Origin: Eledone cirrhosa
Taxonomy: Eukaryota
Direction of reading: 5' to 3'
DNA: 64,000 bases
Assembly: GCA_964016885.1 (NCBI GenBank)
Contig: OZ024741.1
Coordinates: 342,302,001-342,366,000 of the forward strand
The notes beneath the pieces were generated by a model that was not told where the DNA came from, made no database searches, and saw only the letters and a program-made list of their open reading frames with translations. The translations under genes and the position numbers were made by a program. Positions 38,931 through 52,339 of the stretch are shown piece by piece (positions within the stretch are counted from its first letter, which is position 1; the number at the start of each line of letters is the position of its first letter).

Positions 38931-39060
38931 ATATATATACCGTATTTGATACAAATAATATCCCCTATTAGTTTATGTGGATGAATAATGATTTTATTTA
39001 AAAAAAATTTAATCTTTATTTTTACTTTCTTCCAATTTTCTGCGAACTTTTCCAATTTAG

Positions 39061-39237
39061 AAAAAAAGCTGAGAGGAACCAACGTGAAAAGAATTGTGTG
39101 TTAACGGATGAGAGTCGCTCCCCTGAACCTACAGAACTGCAAGACTTTCAGCCAGTTAAGGACGGAAACTCTAAAGCACCTGCTGGCACAGTTCCAAGTG
39201 CTGAACAACCAGAATTCCAATCTACTGAAGACAAGAG
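39061..39237 (+). CDS. l(3)mbt: Probable L3MBTL-like linker exon (symmetric phase 2-2, 177 nt, possibly alternative)
   Basis: Pyrimidine tract plus atttag| (K)KKAERNQREKNCVLTDESRSPEPTELQDFQPVKDGNSKAPAGTVPSAEQPEFQSTEDK(R) |gtgagg; open only in the required frame; no domain homology. Confidence 0.68.
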
Positions 39238-39260
39238 GTGAGGTTGTATGACTGTATGAC

Positions 39261-39920
39261 TGCTAGGTTCTCGATACATTTATAACAGTTTTGTTGAAAG
39301 AGGTTCTCGATACATTTACAACAGTTTCATAGAGAGGACATTCTCTGCTAGGTTCTCGATACATTTACAACAGTTTCATAGAGACGACATTCTCTGCTAA
39401 GTTCTCGATACATTTACAACAGTTTTGTTGAGAGAACATTCTCTGCTAGGTTCTCGATCCATTTACAACAGTTTTGTTGAGAGGATATTCTCTGCTAAGT
39501 TCTCGATACATTTACAACAGTTTTGTTGAGAGAACATTCTCTGCTAGGTTCTCGATACATTTACAACAGTTTTGTTGAGAGAACATTCTCTGCTAGGTTC
39601 TCGATATATTTACAACAGTTTTGTTGAGAGGATATTCTCTGCTAAGTTCTCGATACATTTACAACAGTTTTGTTGAGAGAACATTCTCTGCTAGGTTCTT
39701 GATATATTTACAACAGTTTTGTTGAAAGGACATTCTCTGTTAGGTTCTCAATATATCTACAACAGTTTCATAGAGAGGACATTCTCTGCTAGGTTTTCAA
39801 TACATTTACAACAGTTTTGTTGAAAGGACATTCTCTGCTAGGTTCTTGATATATTTACAACAGTTTCATAGAGAGACATTCTCTGCTAGGTTCTCGATAT
39901 ATTTACAAGTTTCATAGAGA
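39261..39920. repeat. 49-bp minisatellite, about 13 copies
   Basis: Unit CTGCTAGGTTCTCGATACATTTACAACAGTTTTGTTGAGAGRACATTCT. Confidence 0.92.
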
Positions 39921-40629
39921 TGTCAGTAGATTTCTGTTTCAAAATCAATGCTTGCTCTCCTTTCAATGGTTTTCCAAACCTCGAATGTGTGTAGCCTAGT
40001 GGTTCGGGTGGTTGACTCATAAAGTCTAAGGTTCAATTTCTGGACTGGGTGGTGTGTTGTATTCTTGAGCACGATACTTTCATTTCAGATTGCTTTTCAT
40101 GTATCATTAAAACACCTGAGAAAGCACCTAAGACATTGAACCTCTTACTTAAACCAGCTAAACGTGCAAAAGTTTGAGATATAAATACCATTTTATTTCC
40201 TGTTCCTTCCCCTATCTGGCTATGTAGCCAAACTATAGCTATATTAAGGATTTGTTTGTGCTATTAACAATCTACTTTTGTTCTATTTTCATAAACTTCA
40301 CATTTTTTATGCTATATTATGTGTGGATCATCGTTTAGCATCCATTTTCCCATGCTTGCATGGGTTAGTTGGGTTGTCCACATTGGGAGACAAATCTTGG
40401 CCATGCTGTGTCTTGCTCCGACGAGGACTGTAAATTTGGCTGGGTCTTTTACAGTTGGATGCCCTTCTTAATACCAACTACATATGCGTGTGTGTGTGTG
40501 TGTGTATGGTGTGCGTGCATGCCTGTGTTTATCTGTATAAGTGTTTATATATTTGTATATTGTATATGTCTCTGTGTATATAGTATGTGTGAGTGTATGT
40601 ACCTGTATATGTTTGTGTGTATATAGCTG

Positions 40630-40660
<31 letters not shown>

Positions 40661-41151
40661 TTGTTTAGACTGACAACCTGTTCAAGCCATGCCAACATAG
40701 AGTAGACCTTCAATGGGGATGGTTCATGTGTGTGAGTGTGTGTGTGTTTTATATTTGAATTAAGAATGCCATCATGTCTCCTATTCTTGTTCTATTCTAC
40801 TCCCCTGAAATAAGAGGTTAAAATAGTCTATTTGCTATAACTATGATGTAAACTCTGTTCTGATGTAGTAAGATTCATATAAGTGTAAAAGTAAGCCAAT
40901 GCTTCTCTTATTTGTGTAAGTAAATAGATTGAAAAAAAGAAGTGCTGCAACGAAGATATTGCAGCTGCCAGAAAATTAGAAGATAGATTGAGAAATAAAA
41001 GAAGAAATTGAAAGATAGATGAGTGAGAAGAGGAAAAAATGGGAAAAAAAAATTGAAAAGAAAAAAGAAAGACAAGTTTGTGTTTAGTTAGCCATGTATA
41101 TAAAATTGTTGAGGGTTGGTTTTCATTAAAATCTATTTTTCTCTGTTTCAG

Positions 41152-41204
41152 ATTTAAGTATCTTTTTCCAAATAAAGTCAAAGAAGAAAAAGAAGATAAA
41201 AGTT
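41152..41204 (+). CDS. l(3)mbt: Probable short L3MBTL-like exon (phase 2-1)
   Basis: ctctgtttcag| (R)FKYLFPNKVKEEKEDKS |gtgagt; supplies the phase change needed to reach the SAM exon. Confidence 0.75.
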
Positions 41205-41281
41205 GTGAGTATTTATTTCATTTCTTCTTGTTATTATTATTGGTGCACCTTTGATAGGTGCAATTGTGCAAGAGAGGAAAT

Positions 41282-41737
41282 TGCATATGGCCATATGATG
41301 CATATGAAAGATGACAGCTGTATAAAAAGATCTAGGGCGATCAAAGTTGATGGAAGTTATGCAGTAGGAAGGCTTAGGAAGAGGTTGATAAAAGCTGACC
41401 TTCCACAATTGCACCTCTCGAAGGCAATGACACAGGATCGAGATCTTTGGTATTAAGTAGTAATACAGAAGACCAGCCTTCCCATGCACACGGATTGAAG
41501 TATAAATCTAGTATGCACTACTTAACCGCTATCTTCCATCCCCCTTCCATACACATCTCATACCCTAACACCCCACCCACATCCCAATCATCCTACCCTT
41601 CTCCCACGCATTTACACTCCCACCTCAGTCAACACTGTAAAGTGGTCATTTTGCTGCCACAACAAATAGTGCCTAGCCCATACTGTAAACTGGTCGTGTT
41701 GGTATCACAAAAAGAAGTGCTTAGCCCACACTGTAAA
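41282..41737 (+). mobile_element. 5'-truncated RTE copy of the same family as 28025-32115, opposite orientation
   Basis: YGHMMHMKDDSCIKRSRAIKVDGSYAVGR...LHLSKAMTQDRDLW matches YGHVMHMKDDSCIKKCRAIKIDGSHGVGR...LHLSKTMSLDRDLW. Confidence 0.85.
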
Positions 41738-42267
41738 GTTCAAATCCCGCCGAGGTTAACTTTGTCTTTCATCCTTACGAGGTTGACAAAATAATGTACC
41801 AGTAATGCACTGGAGTTGATTTAATTGACTTTCCCCTCCTCTCAAATTGATAACCTTGTGCCTAAATCAGAAATCATTATTAGATTTGAGGACTCTTGCG
41901 CTAGAAATCAGGGCACCTGTGGTTTTATAGGTTTTTTTTTTTTTTTTTTTTTACAAGAAGCCCTCCCCCCATGTCTCCTCTCTCTTGAAGAATTCCCATT
42001 GTTTAATTTTACCTTTCTTTTTACAATTATTAAATCTGTTTACACACACACACACACACTCTGCTTTTGTCCCGTGCTGTCCTAATGTTTTCTTAATGTT
42101 AACCCTTGTGGTGAAAATAGAAATCATTGGCAGTAGCAGTAGAGCGTCAGACACCATGCTTTGCAGCATAGTTATGACCCTTTACATTCTGCCAAGTAAT
42201 GCACTGGGATAATTGCTGGCCTTGTGCCAAAAGTAGAAATATTATTATTATTATTATTTCTTTTCAG

Positions 42268-42536
42268 TTGAAACAAGTTTAGATGAGTGCCATAACAACA
42301 ATGGTAGTATGAACAGCCAGCTCCACCACGGGGTGCACCGGTCGGTTTTCATGTCTGCTCTTGTGCCAAACCCTTCCAAAGATCTTCCGTTGTGTTGGGA
42401 GCAACATTCCAAGCTGCTGCCCGGTGTTGATAAAATTCGAGGTGACCACGTAGCTGAATGGAAGGTCGATGATGTTGCCAATTTTATCAAAACTCTTCCT
42501 GGCTGTATTGATCTGTCTAAAATATTCAGGGATGAG
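42268..42536 (+). CDS. l(3)mbt: L3MBTL-like exon, pre-SAM conserved block and N-terminal half of SAM
   Basis: ttttcag| (F)ETSLDEC...VHRSVFMSALVPNPSKDLPLCWEQHSKLLPGVDKIRGDHVAEWKVDDVANFIKTLPGCIDLSKIFRDE |gtgggt; LHQSVFMS / LCWEQHxKLLP is an L3MBTL1/3/4 signature. Confidence 0.95.
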
Positions 42537-43193
42537 GTGGGTTCAACATGATATATTCTTTCACAATATCACCTCTCTCTCTCTCTTTCTCTGTCTCTCC
42601 TCCTCTCTGTATCTCTCTCTCTTTCTTTGACTGTCCCTCTCTGTGTCTTTCTTTGTCTTCATATTCTTTCTTTAGCTCCATTTTTCTCTGTCTCTCTTTC
42701 TCTCTCTCTTTGTCTCTGTCTCTCTCTCTCTTTGTCAGCCTTTCTTATCCCCCTTTTATTTTTCACACATTCTCATCCTTTCCCTTTCTTACTCTCTCAT
42801 ATATTTTTAACTTCTCTCTTTCTATCATTCCACTTGCTCTCTCTCATTCCCCTCTCCCCATCCACTCCCCCTACCTCCCCCCTCCCCACTCTTTCTCTGC
42901 ACATTTCATCTCTATTTTATGTTTAATTTCTTATTTCTTTTCCCATTTCAATCTCCAGACAAATCACTGACATACTCACATACTCTCACACACTCATTGG
43001 CATGCTGACACACCTACACAGTCACACACTGGTTACACTCACACACTAATACATTGGCACACTTACTCACACCTACACACTGACACACTCACACCTACAC
43101 ACTGACACACTCACACCTACACACTGACACACTCACACCTACACATTGATACACACACTCTCATTGTCTCCTTCCCTCTCTCTCTCATTTCAG

Positions 43194-43325
43194 CATATTG
43201 ATGGTGAAGCTTTCCTCATGCTTAATCAGACTGACATTGTGAAGATCTTAAACTGCAAACTTGGCCCAGCACTGAAGATCTTCAACAGTATCCTGATGTT
43301 TAAAAGTACTGCTGATGTTGACTAA
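43194..43325 (+). CDS. l(3)mbt: L3MBTL-like terminal coding exon, C-terminal half of SAM
   Basis: tttcag| HIDGEAFLMLNQTDIVKILNCKLGPALKIFNSILMFKSTADVD* ; SAM signature IDGEAFL...KLGPALKI. Confidence 0.95.
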   Translation, partial: HIDGEAFLMLNQTDIVKILNCKLGPALKIFNSILMFKSTADVD

Positions 43326-43339
43326 ACTTTCACACAACT

Positions 43340-44185
43340 CTGCACTAAACTAAACTACACTGCACCACTTTAAACCATACTATACTACATCACGCTACAT
43401 TACACTACACTATATTACATCAAATTATTTTACACTACACTAAACTACATCACGCCGCACTAAACTACTCCATATTACATCTCACTATAAACTACACTAC
43501 ATTAAATTATATCATTCAATTGCACCACACTACACTAAAGTGCACCGAATTATATTAAACTACATCACTTTACACTACACTAAACTACATCACACTACAC
43601 CACATTACACTACACTACACTAAACTACATCGCACTACACCACATTACACTACACTAAACTACATCACACTACACCACACTACATAAAACTACATTACAC
43701 TACACCACACTACATTAAACTACATCATATCACATTACACTACACTACACCACATTACACCACACCACACTAAACTACATCACACTACACCACACTACAT
43801 TAAACTAAACCACATTACACTACACTACACTAAACTACATCACACTACACCACACTACATAAAACTACATCATATCACATCACACTACACTAAACCACAT
43901 CACACTACACCACACTAAACTGCATCACACTACACCACACTACATAAAACTACATCACATCACAGCACATCACATTACACTACACTACACTACACTAAAC
44001 CACATTACACTACACTACACTAAACCACATTACACCACACCACACTAAACCACATCACACTACACCACATTACACCACATTACATCACACTACACCACAT
44101 TACACCACACTAAACTACATCAAACTACACCACACTACTCCACACAACTCCACATTACACCACATTACATCACACTACACCACAC
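43340..44185. repeat. Compound pentanucleotide microsatellite (ACACT/ACACC/ACATT/AAACT) directly after the stop codon
   Basis: Direct observation. Confidence 0.9.
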
Positions 44186-45229
44186 CTTTCAGGCTCTACC
44201 TGATGTCTTCATAAACATTCCGTTTACTTCATCTTGCACAACCTTTCCCCCTCTAGCCTATTACACACACACACATACCACCTGACTTGTCACTCTCACT
44301 CTATTGCTCACACTTATCTGAAAGTCATATAAACTGCCATAACGATGCAACAATACCAGTTATAAGATCAGCCACAATAACTATGTAATGAACAGCGAAG
44401 CAGCAGCAACTGCAGTAACACATGGTCAACATTAAATCTCTATAACCCCCATATTTTCTACACAACCTACTACTACAAAAAACATGAAATAGCTCACTTC
44501 ATATCATTTCATATAATCATATGTATCACATATCACACAGTTTATACAGAAACCAAAAACTGTATCCACGTAAACCAAATGCTCAAAATGGAAAGCCCAC
44601 CTGGACATGTGAGCAAACACAACTTGTTTGTTAAATCAGTTCATTACTCCAATCTGCACTGGTTTGGTCTGGTCACTGCCACGACATGTTTCAAAATGTC
44701 CAGACACACACATATCCACACCCATCATCTCCACACCCCTTTTGAAAACTGTTAAAACCCCAATCATTTTAAGAAAAAACATTATCCCCTTTATACTTGG
44801 GTGAAGACCAAAGACATTCAAACACTAATAGACAAAACAGCAACAACATCAATAGCCTCATAATTCTGTAAACAAACACATATATACATACATTACTGTT
44901 TCTTGTCTGGTGAACTGAGTAAACTGGTGAAACTGCTGTGTAATAAGACTCAGTACATTGGATGTACACTAACAGCTATGAGTCTAAAAGAAAAGCAATT
45001 ATCAGATTCTGAATGATTCTACTTTGTCTGTCTTTGCTGTAGGCTAACATTAAACACGTACTGGAAAAGAGGAACTGACTAGGCAGTGGAGAAAATATAA
45101 CATACTTTACTTCATACAATTAAACTGTTGCATGTATACAGTGCGGTCTTCAAGCAGGCATTGTCATGGTGTGTATGTGTATGTATATATATGATCATCA
45201 TTATTATCATTGTTTAATGCTCATTGATG

Positions 45230-45284
<55 letters not shown>

Positions 45285-46242
45285 CAACATCATCAGAAAA
45301 ATGGACGCAAAAACGATGATATATAATGTATGTGAAAAGCAAACTCAAAAATAACAGGAGAACAATACAGTACAATGAAGATATATATATATTAATTTAT
45401 ATGCTTGATATAGGACATTGGTCCTTCATCAGAAGATAGAATGAGAGATAAAAAACCCCCAGAAAGATAGATGAAATTGAGAAGAGGAAGAAACAGAATG
45501 TATATATATATATATATATATATACACACAGCACTGGCTTTGTGTATTGCACACAGACAGTTTACCTATTATCTGTCTGCTGTACAATGAAAGCTCTACA
45601 ACAGCAACAAGAAGATTGACAACAATAACAACAAAACCAATGAAGTAGCCTCCACATAGTTGCATAATCTGTTATAGAAGTAGCCAAATCTCCCACAATT
45701 TACATCATATTTTTACTTTTAAAAAAAGAAGGAAGAACGTATTGAATAATTTTGTCCAAGCTACATTATGCCTGATGCCAGAGAAAAAATGGTAACATTT
45801 TGACCAGTATTGAAACAACTACTATACAAGATCACTCCACCTCTCCTCCAGTATGTTGCAATATCACAACAATATAACATAATAGAACTTTACTGCAAAA
45901 CTGTGAGTGCAGCGATGCCCTACCAAGAATGCAGCGATGCAACATGGAGTAACATTGCAACACCAGGAGTGCAGCTATATAACATGAGGTAACATTGAAA
46001 CATTAGGTAATATTGCAAACCCCGAAGTGCAGCAATGCACCATAGAGTAACATTGCAACACCGAGTGCAGCAGTCCAATATGGAGTAACATTGCAACATC
46101 AGTACAAAATTGCATGAAACATATATACATAACTTTCGAATATAATGCAACAGTACAAAAAACAAATTGCAACAGTGCAATATTATGAGTGCAGTATTGC
46201 AACACCAAGGATGTGTAATACTGTGTCACTAACATTATAACA

Positions 46243-48870
46243 GTGTTTGTATCACAACTACTACCTAACAACGATCATGTCAGACAATCACTATCTAACA
46301 ACAGTTCTGTATATCACAACAGTGATGTAAGACAATCGCTACCTAACAACAGTGATGTGAGACAACCACTACCTACCAAAAGTCCTGTATATCACAACAG
46401 TGATGTGAGACAACCACTACCTACCAAAAGTCCTGTATATCACAACAGTGATGTGAGACATCCACTACCTACCAAAAGTCCTGTATATCACAACAGTGAT
46501 GTGAGACAACCACTACCTAACAACAGTTCTGTATATCACAAGAGTGATGTGAGAAACCACTACCTACCAAAAGTCCTGTATATCACAACAGTGATGTGAG
46601 ACAACCACTACCTAACAACAGTTCTGTATATCACAAGAGTGATGTGACACAACCACTACCTAACAACAGTTCTGTATATCACAAGAGTGATGTGACACAA
46701 CCACTACCTACCAAAAGTCCTGTATATCACAACAGTGATGTGAGACAACCACTACCTACTAAAAGTCCTGTATATCACAACAGCGATGTGAGACAGCCAC
46801 TACCTAACAACAGTTCTGTATATCACAACAGTGATGTGAGACAACCACTACCTAACAACAGTCCTGTATATCACAACAGTAATGTGAGACAACCACTATC
46901 TAGCAACAGTTCTGTATATCACAACACTGATGTGAGACAACCACTACCTAGCAACAGTTCTGTATATCACAAGAGTGATGTGACACAACCACTACCTAAC
47001 AACAGTTCTGTATATCACAAGAGTGATGTGACACAACCACTACCTAACAACAGTTCTGTATATCACAAGAGTGATGTGACACAACCACTACCTAACAATA
47101 GTTCTGTATATCACAAGAGTGATGTGACACAACCACTACCTAACAACAGTCCTGTATATCACAAGAGTGATGTGAGACAACCACTACCTAACAACAGTCC
47201 TGTATATCACAACAGTGATGTGAGATAACCACTACCTAACAACAGTCCTGTATATCACAACAGTGATGTGAGACAACCTCTACTTAACAACAGTCCTGTA
47301 TATCACAACAGTGATGTGAGACAACCACTACCTAACAAGACTCCTGTATATCACAACAACGATGTGAGACAACCACTACTTAACAACAGTCTTGTATATC
47401 ACAACAGTGATGTGAGACAACCACTACCTAACAACAGCCTTGTATATCACAAGAGTGATGTGAGACAACCACTACCTAACAAGAGTCCTGTATATCACAA
47501 CAATGATGTGAGACAACCACTACCTAACAACAGTCCTGTATATCACAACAATGATGTGAGACAACCACTACCTAACAACAGTTCTGTATATCACAAGAGT
47601 GATGTGACACAACCACTACCTAACAACAGTCCTGTATATCACAACACTGATGTAAGACAACCACTACCTAACAACAGCCCTGTATATCACAACAATGATA
47701 TGACACAACCACTATCTACCAAAAGTCCTGTATATCACATCAGTGATGTGAGACAACCACTACCTAACAACAGTCCTGTATATCACAACAGTGATGTGAG
47801 ACAACCACTACCTAACAACAGTCCTGTATATCACAACAGTGATGTGAGACAACCACTACCTAACAACAGCCTTGTATATCACAAGAGTGATGTGAGACAA
47901 CCACTACCTAACAAGAGTCCTGTATATCACAACAATGATGTGAGACAACCACTACCTAACAACAGTCCTGTATATCACAACAATGATGTGAGACAACCAC
48001 TACCTAACAACAGTCCTGTATATCACAACAGTGATGTGAGACAACCACTACCTAACAACAGTCCTGTATATCACAACAACGATGTGAGACAACCAGTACC
48101 TAACAACAGTCTTGTATATCACAACAGTGATGTGAGACAACCACTACTTAACAACAGTCCTGTATATCACAACAACGATGTGAGACAACCACTACCTACC
48201 AAAAGTCCTGTATATCACATCAGTGATGTGAGACAACCACTACCTAACAACAGTCCTGTATATCACAACAGTGATCTGAGACAACCACTACCTAACAACA
48301 GTCCTGTATATCACAACAACGATGTGAGACAACCAGTACCTAACAACAGTCTTGTATATCACAACAGTGATGTGAGACAACCACTACCTAACAACAGTCC
48401 TGTATATCACAACAACGATGTGAGACAACCACTACCTACCAAAAGTCCTGTATATCACAACAGTGATATGAGACAACCACTACCTAACAACAGTTCTGTA
48501 TATCACAACAGTGATGTGAGACAACCACTACCTACCAAAAGTCCTGTATATCACAACAGTGATGTGAGACAACCACTACCTAACAACAGTTCTGTATATC
48601 ACAACAGTGATGTGAGACAACCACTACCTACCAAAAGTCCTGTATATCACAACAGTGATGTGAGACAACCACTACCTACCAAAAGTCCTGTATATCACAA
48701 CAGTGATGTGAGACAACCACTACCTAACAACAGTTCTGTATATCACAAAAGTGATGTGAGACAACCACTACCTACCAAAAGTCCTGTATATCACAACAGT
48801 GATGTGAGACAACCTCTACTTAACAACTGTGATGTGAGGCAACCTCTACCTAACAACAGTGATATGAGAG
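46243..48870. repeat. 48-bp minisatellite, about 54 copies
   Basis: Unit GTGATGTGAGACAACCACTACCTAACAACAGTCCTGTATATCACAACA; gives the 16-aa repeat ORFs. Confidence 0.95.
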
Positions 48871-48949
48871 AAGCAGTGATCAGATTTTGGAGTCTTGACA
48901 TTCCAGTTATTACAATCAAAAACGTTTTTAATTATTTAAAAAAAAAGTT

Positions 48950-49076
48950 CATCACCACTGCCACCACCACCACCACCACCACCACCATAACCACCACCAC
49001 CACCACCACCATAACCACCACCACCACCACCACCATAACAACCACCACCACCACCACCATAACCACCACCACCATA

Positions 49077-49110
<34 letters not shown>

Positions 49111-49122
49111 ATATCATTATCA
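48950..49122. repeat. (ACC)n/(ATC)n trinucleotide microsatellite
   Basis: Direct observation. Confidence 0.9.
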
Positions 49123-52100
49123 TCAGAATTTCATTAACATTAGCAAAAACAACACCAGCACAACATTTTAACTGTCTGAAAGGTAAAAAGAAAGAAAAAA
49201 ACCAAACAAAACAATAGAGTAAAAAGCATTTGGTGTTTCTGTGTGTGAAGAATATTTTGGCATATTATTAGTCTGTGCTTGTGTGTCTGTCTGTGTGTTT
49301 ATGTATGTGTGTTTCTGTATGTGTGTGTATGTTTCAGTAAAATGAAAATTATATTCGAAAGTTATGTTTATATGTTTCATACATAATTATGTTGTAAAAA
49401 AAATGGGTGGGAAAAACCTAAAAGTAATGAGTCTTTTGTATAATGTGTGTGTGTGTGTGCAGTTGTGGTGGTGGTCGCAGATTTCATCAATGATTAGTTT
49501 GCATTAGCTGAAATTACTGTTTCATTTTAAACACACACATACATACAGCACTTGCATGCATATGTGTGTGTGTTTGTGTGCAAGTCATGATCAGTGTCGA
49601 AGATAGATGTGATATGTATAAAGATTCAAGCGGATATTTTGGCAGTGTTGGTGGGAGGGTGTGTGTGTTGTTCCTCCCTCCACTTTAAAAATCAAAACAC
49701 GACAAAAGGAAAACCCCAAAAAGTGAAAGTTATCTTGTTTTTTTTTTAATAATGCAAGCAAATCTGAAGAAGTAACCAGAATACATTTTTTTTATAAAGG
49801 ATATCTAGAACAACATGAAAAATATGGCAATCAGCTTGAAAAATAATTTGACAAGAGGGACAGAGGCAGGTACAAGAGAGAATTAGAAGATGGTTGAAAG
49901 AAATTGGTTTTTACCTTCATATTTAAGCTGAGTTAGGAGGGTTAAAAGAAGCATGTAGGGGAGGAAAGGAGCAGAAAGCACAACTGCTTTGCTTTGTTTT
50001 GCTTTAGGCTGCTTTATCTATGGCAAATTCCAATGGCCTTTCTGATGTCAATCCATATTTTCACAGACTTAATAATGATGTTTTGGAGGCGAAGTCACAC
50101 AAACATGGGCATACATATAGACAGGCTTTCACAGTTCCCATTTATCAAATTCACCCACAAGGCATTGGTCGACCTGAGGTTAGATGACACTTGCTCAAGG
50201 TGCCATGCAATGGAACTGAACTGGAACTAGATACTTTAGAACAAAAAATGAAATAAGTATCAATAACAATGACAGTTACAAGAGCAGTGTTGTTTAGTGC
50301 CCAGTTCATCCCTGATTTAGAAGACATCGAAGGCAATCAAACCTCCACCATTCCAACATTTTCTTTTCCCAGACATAGTTAAGGAACACGTTATTGTGTT
50401 TGTTCTTTGTTCTCTTAAGACGTCTCTGATTCAGGAGAGGTCATGATCAAAGGCATTCAAACCTCCACCTGTCCATCTTTATTTTCCCAGACATAGTGTA
50501 TCTCGGAGTACATTATTCAGTGTGTTTGTTCTTTTTCTTTTATGACAGTAGTTTGTGATTTTAGAGGCATTTCACTGCTATTTCTAACAGGTTAAGCAGT
50601 AGCTGTATAGAGGCTCTCTCAATTCTACATGATGTATAGGTAAGGCAGGTAGTATTGTGAAGGAACAAATGCACCTTAGTACTTACTAGAACTGGTCACT
50701 TATTCCATTTCATTTGTTGAAAGCTGAAACTTTATCCTGATTCTACTTTAATGTGGGAGGCTCCTAGGATTTTGAAATGTATGAGTGATTGATAAATTCT
50801 ACTCCATATATATAAATGACTACTTTTTGGCTCATTTGCACATCCAAATGTGTGTGTTGTGTGTAATATATATGAGAGTGTTGTAGTTTGCTTGAAACAT
50901 TGTGGGATATGAAAAGTGGTTATGGAAGCCACTATAATCCCATTTGTGTTGTAGTGGCTTTCAAGACATAACCACTTTTTAGAACACACACACATACACA
51001 CGGCTTTTGTTATCTTTTTACATCATGGCCTGATGTTTCAACTTTTACCTCTTTAGAGAAGATAATATCTAGCCATGTTGTAGTATGACAAGAAAAAGTA
51101 ACCACATTTTCCTCTTACACGACACCCTGCCTTAAAGATGATATCTACAACTACATTGCATAATGTAGTTTTAGATACACCATGCCTGGGGAATAAAAGG
51201 TTTGTGGTCATGGTTGAAATACTTTAAATCATAAGTATCTCCAATAAGTGTCAACTTGGGGTTAAACAATAATATCAGCAAGAAAAACACACTAAGGGAA
51301 TAACAGCCAGGGTTTAATGAAAAAAGAAATCACCAAATGTAGATGTTGAGGGCAAGAGGTAGTTTGACCCTTCATATTCCATCTTCAAAATTGTCCAGTC
51401 TATGTGTTGGGTTAGCAGAAATGATATTGGCATCAGACTACATATTTTAGAGTATTTAGTATGGACAAACAAATAAGCGTTGTGAGAGCATTGGATAGAA
51501 TGCCTTGCTGTATTTGTTCCATCTCCCTGCATTCTGAGTTCAAATCCTTCATAAGTTTACTTTATCTTTCATCCTTTCAGAGTTCAAAGGTCAATAAATA
51601 AAGTACCAGTTCAGAGTGGTGGATTAGGCAATATTGTTACAGTATCAGATCTGGGATATCAGTTCTGAGTTGTTTACATTCCAAGTTGAAATTTTGAGTA
51701 GGTGCTAATGGCCAGAGTGAAGGGTCTATTCATGAGAACACCTCCATCCAACCTGCCTACCAATGGACAGCCACCAATGGACAGGTAGACTAACATAGAC
51801 AAGTCATCTGTGGCATGTTAAGGCTGATTGACAGTTGCTGAATGAACAAATATTTTGCTTCCATATGTTCTAGGTTCAAGTCCTACTAGGGTTCACACTG
51901 CGTGTTTCATCTCACCGGGGTAACAATAAAAAAAAAAACCTATTAAATATTAGCAATGTCCAGCAGTCACTTTCATTCACTGCACCTTTTTTTCTGGATG
52001 ATATACCTGTAATTAAGGTGGAGAATTAGTCAAACTGGTAGTGTACTGGATTACAATATCTAAAATATTTACTTGGTCTCGCGCTCTCTATCTGTTGCGA

Positions 52101-52339
52101 GATCAAATCCTGCCATGGTTGAGACATATCTGTTTATACTCTGGATGGGTTTGCTAAAATAAGGTATTAGTTGTATTTGATTGACTTAGTCTTTTTATAT
52201 TCTGCAGTTACTAAGTCTTATGCCTATATGAGAAGCTGTAATAAGGCTGGGGTTGTAGAATTCAGTAACAACAACAACAAATGTATATTTAAAACAAAAA
52301 CAATGACAGTTTTTTTTTTACCCTGATTTTATCCCATTC

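Larger units (their letters stand above)
5768..43325 (+). other. l(3)mbt: l(3)mbt / L3MBTL1/3/4-like gene, 3' portion (5' exons lie upstream of the window); exons listed separately
   Basis: Ordered MBT, MBT, CCHHC, CCHHC, SAM exons with GT-AG boundaries and matching phases (0-1,1-0,0-1,1-2,2-2,2-2,2-2,2-1,1-0,0-stop). This is the domain order of the L3MBTL family. Confidence 0.93.

Noticed and set aside
39261-39920. CRISPR-like appearance of palindromic repeats (also 57455-57920)
   Set aside because: No unique spacers, no cas genes, eukaryotic context
45410-45435. Minus-strand CTGATGA-AGGAC-caat-GTCCT resembling a hammerhead core plus stem II
   Set aside because: No following GAAA, stem III or stem I
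46243-49217. 649-aa and related repeat ORFs
   Set aside because: 48-bp satellite plus ACC/ATC microsatellite; no ATG start or signal peptide; interrupted by frameshift and stop
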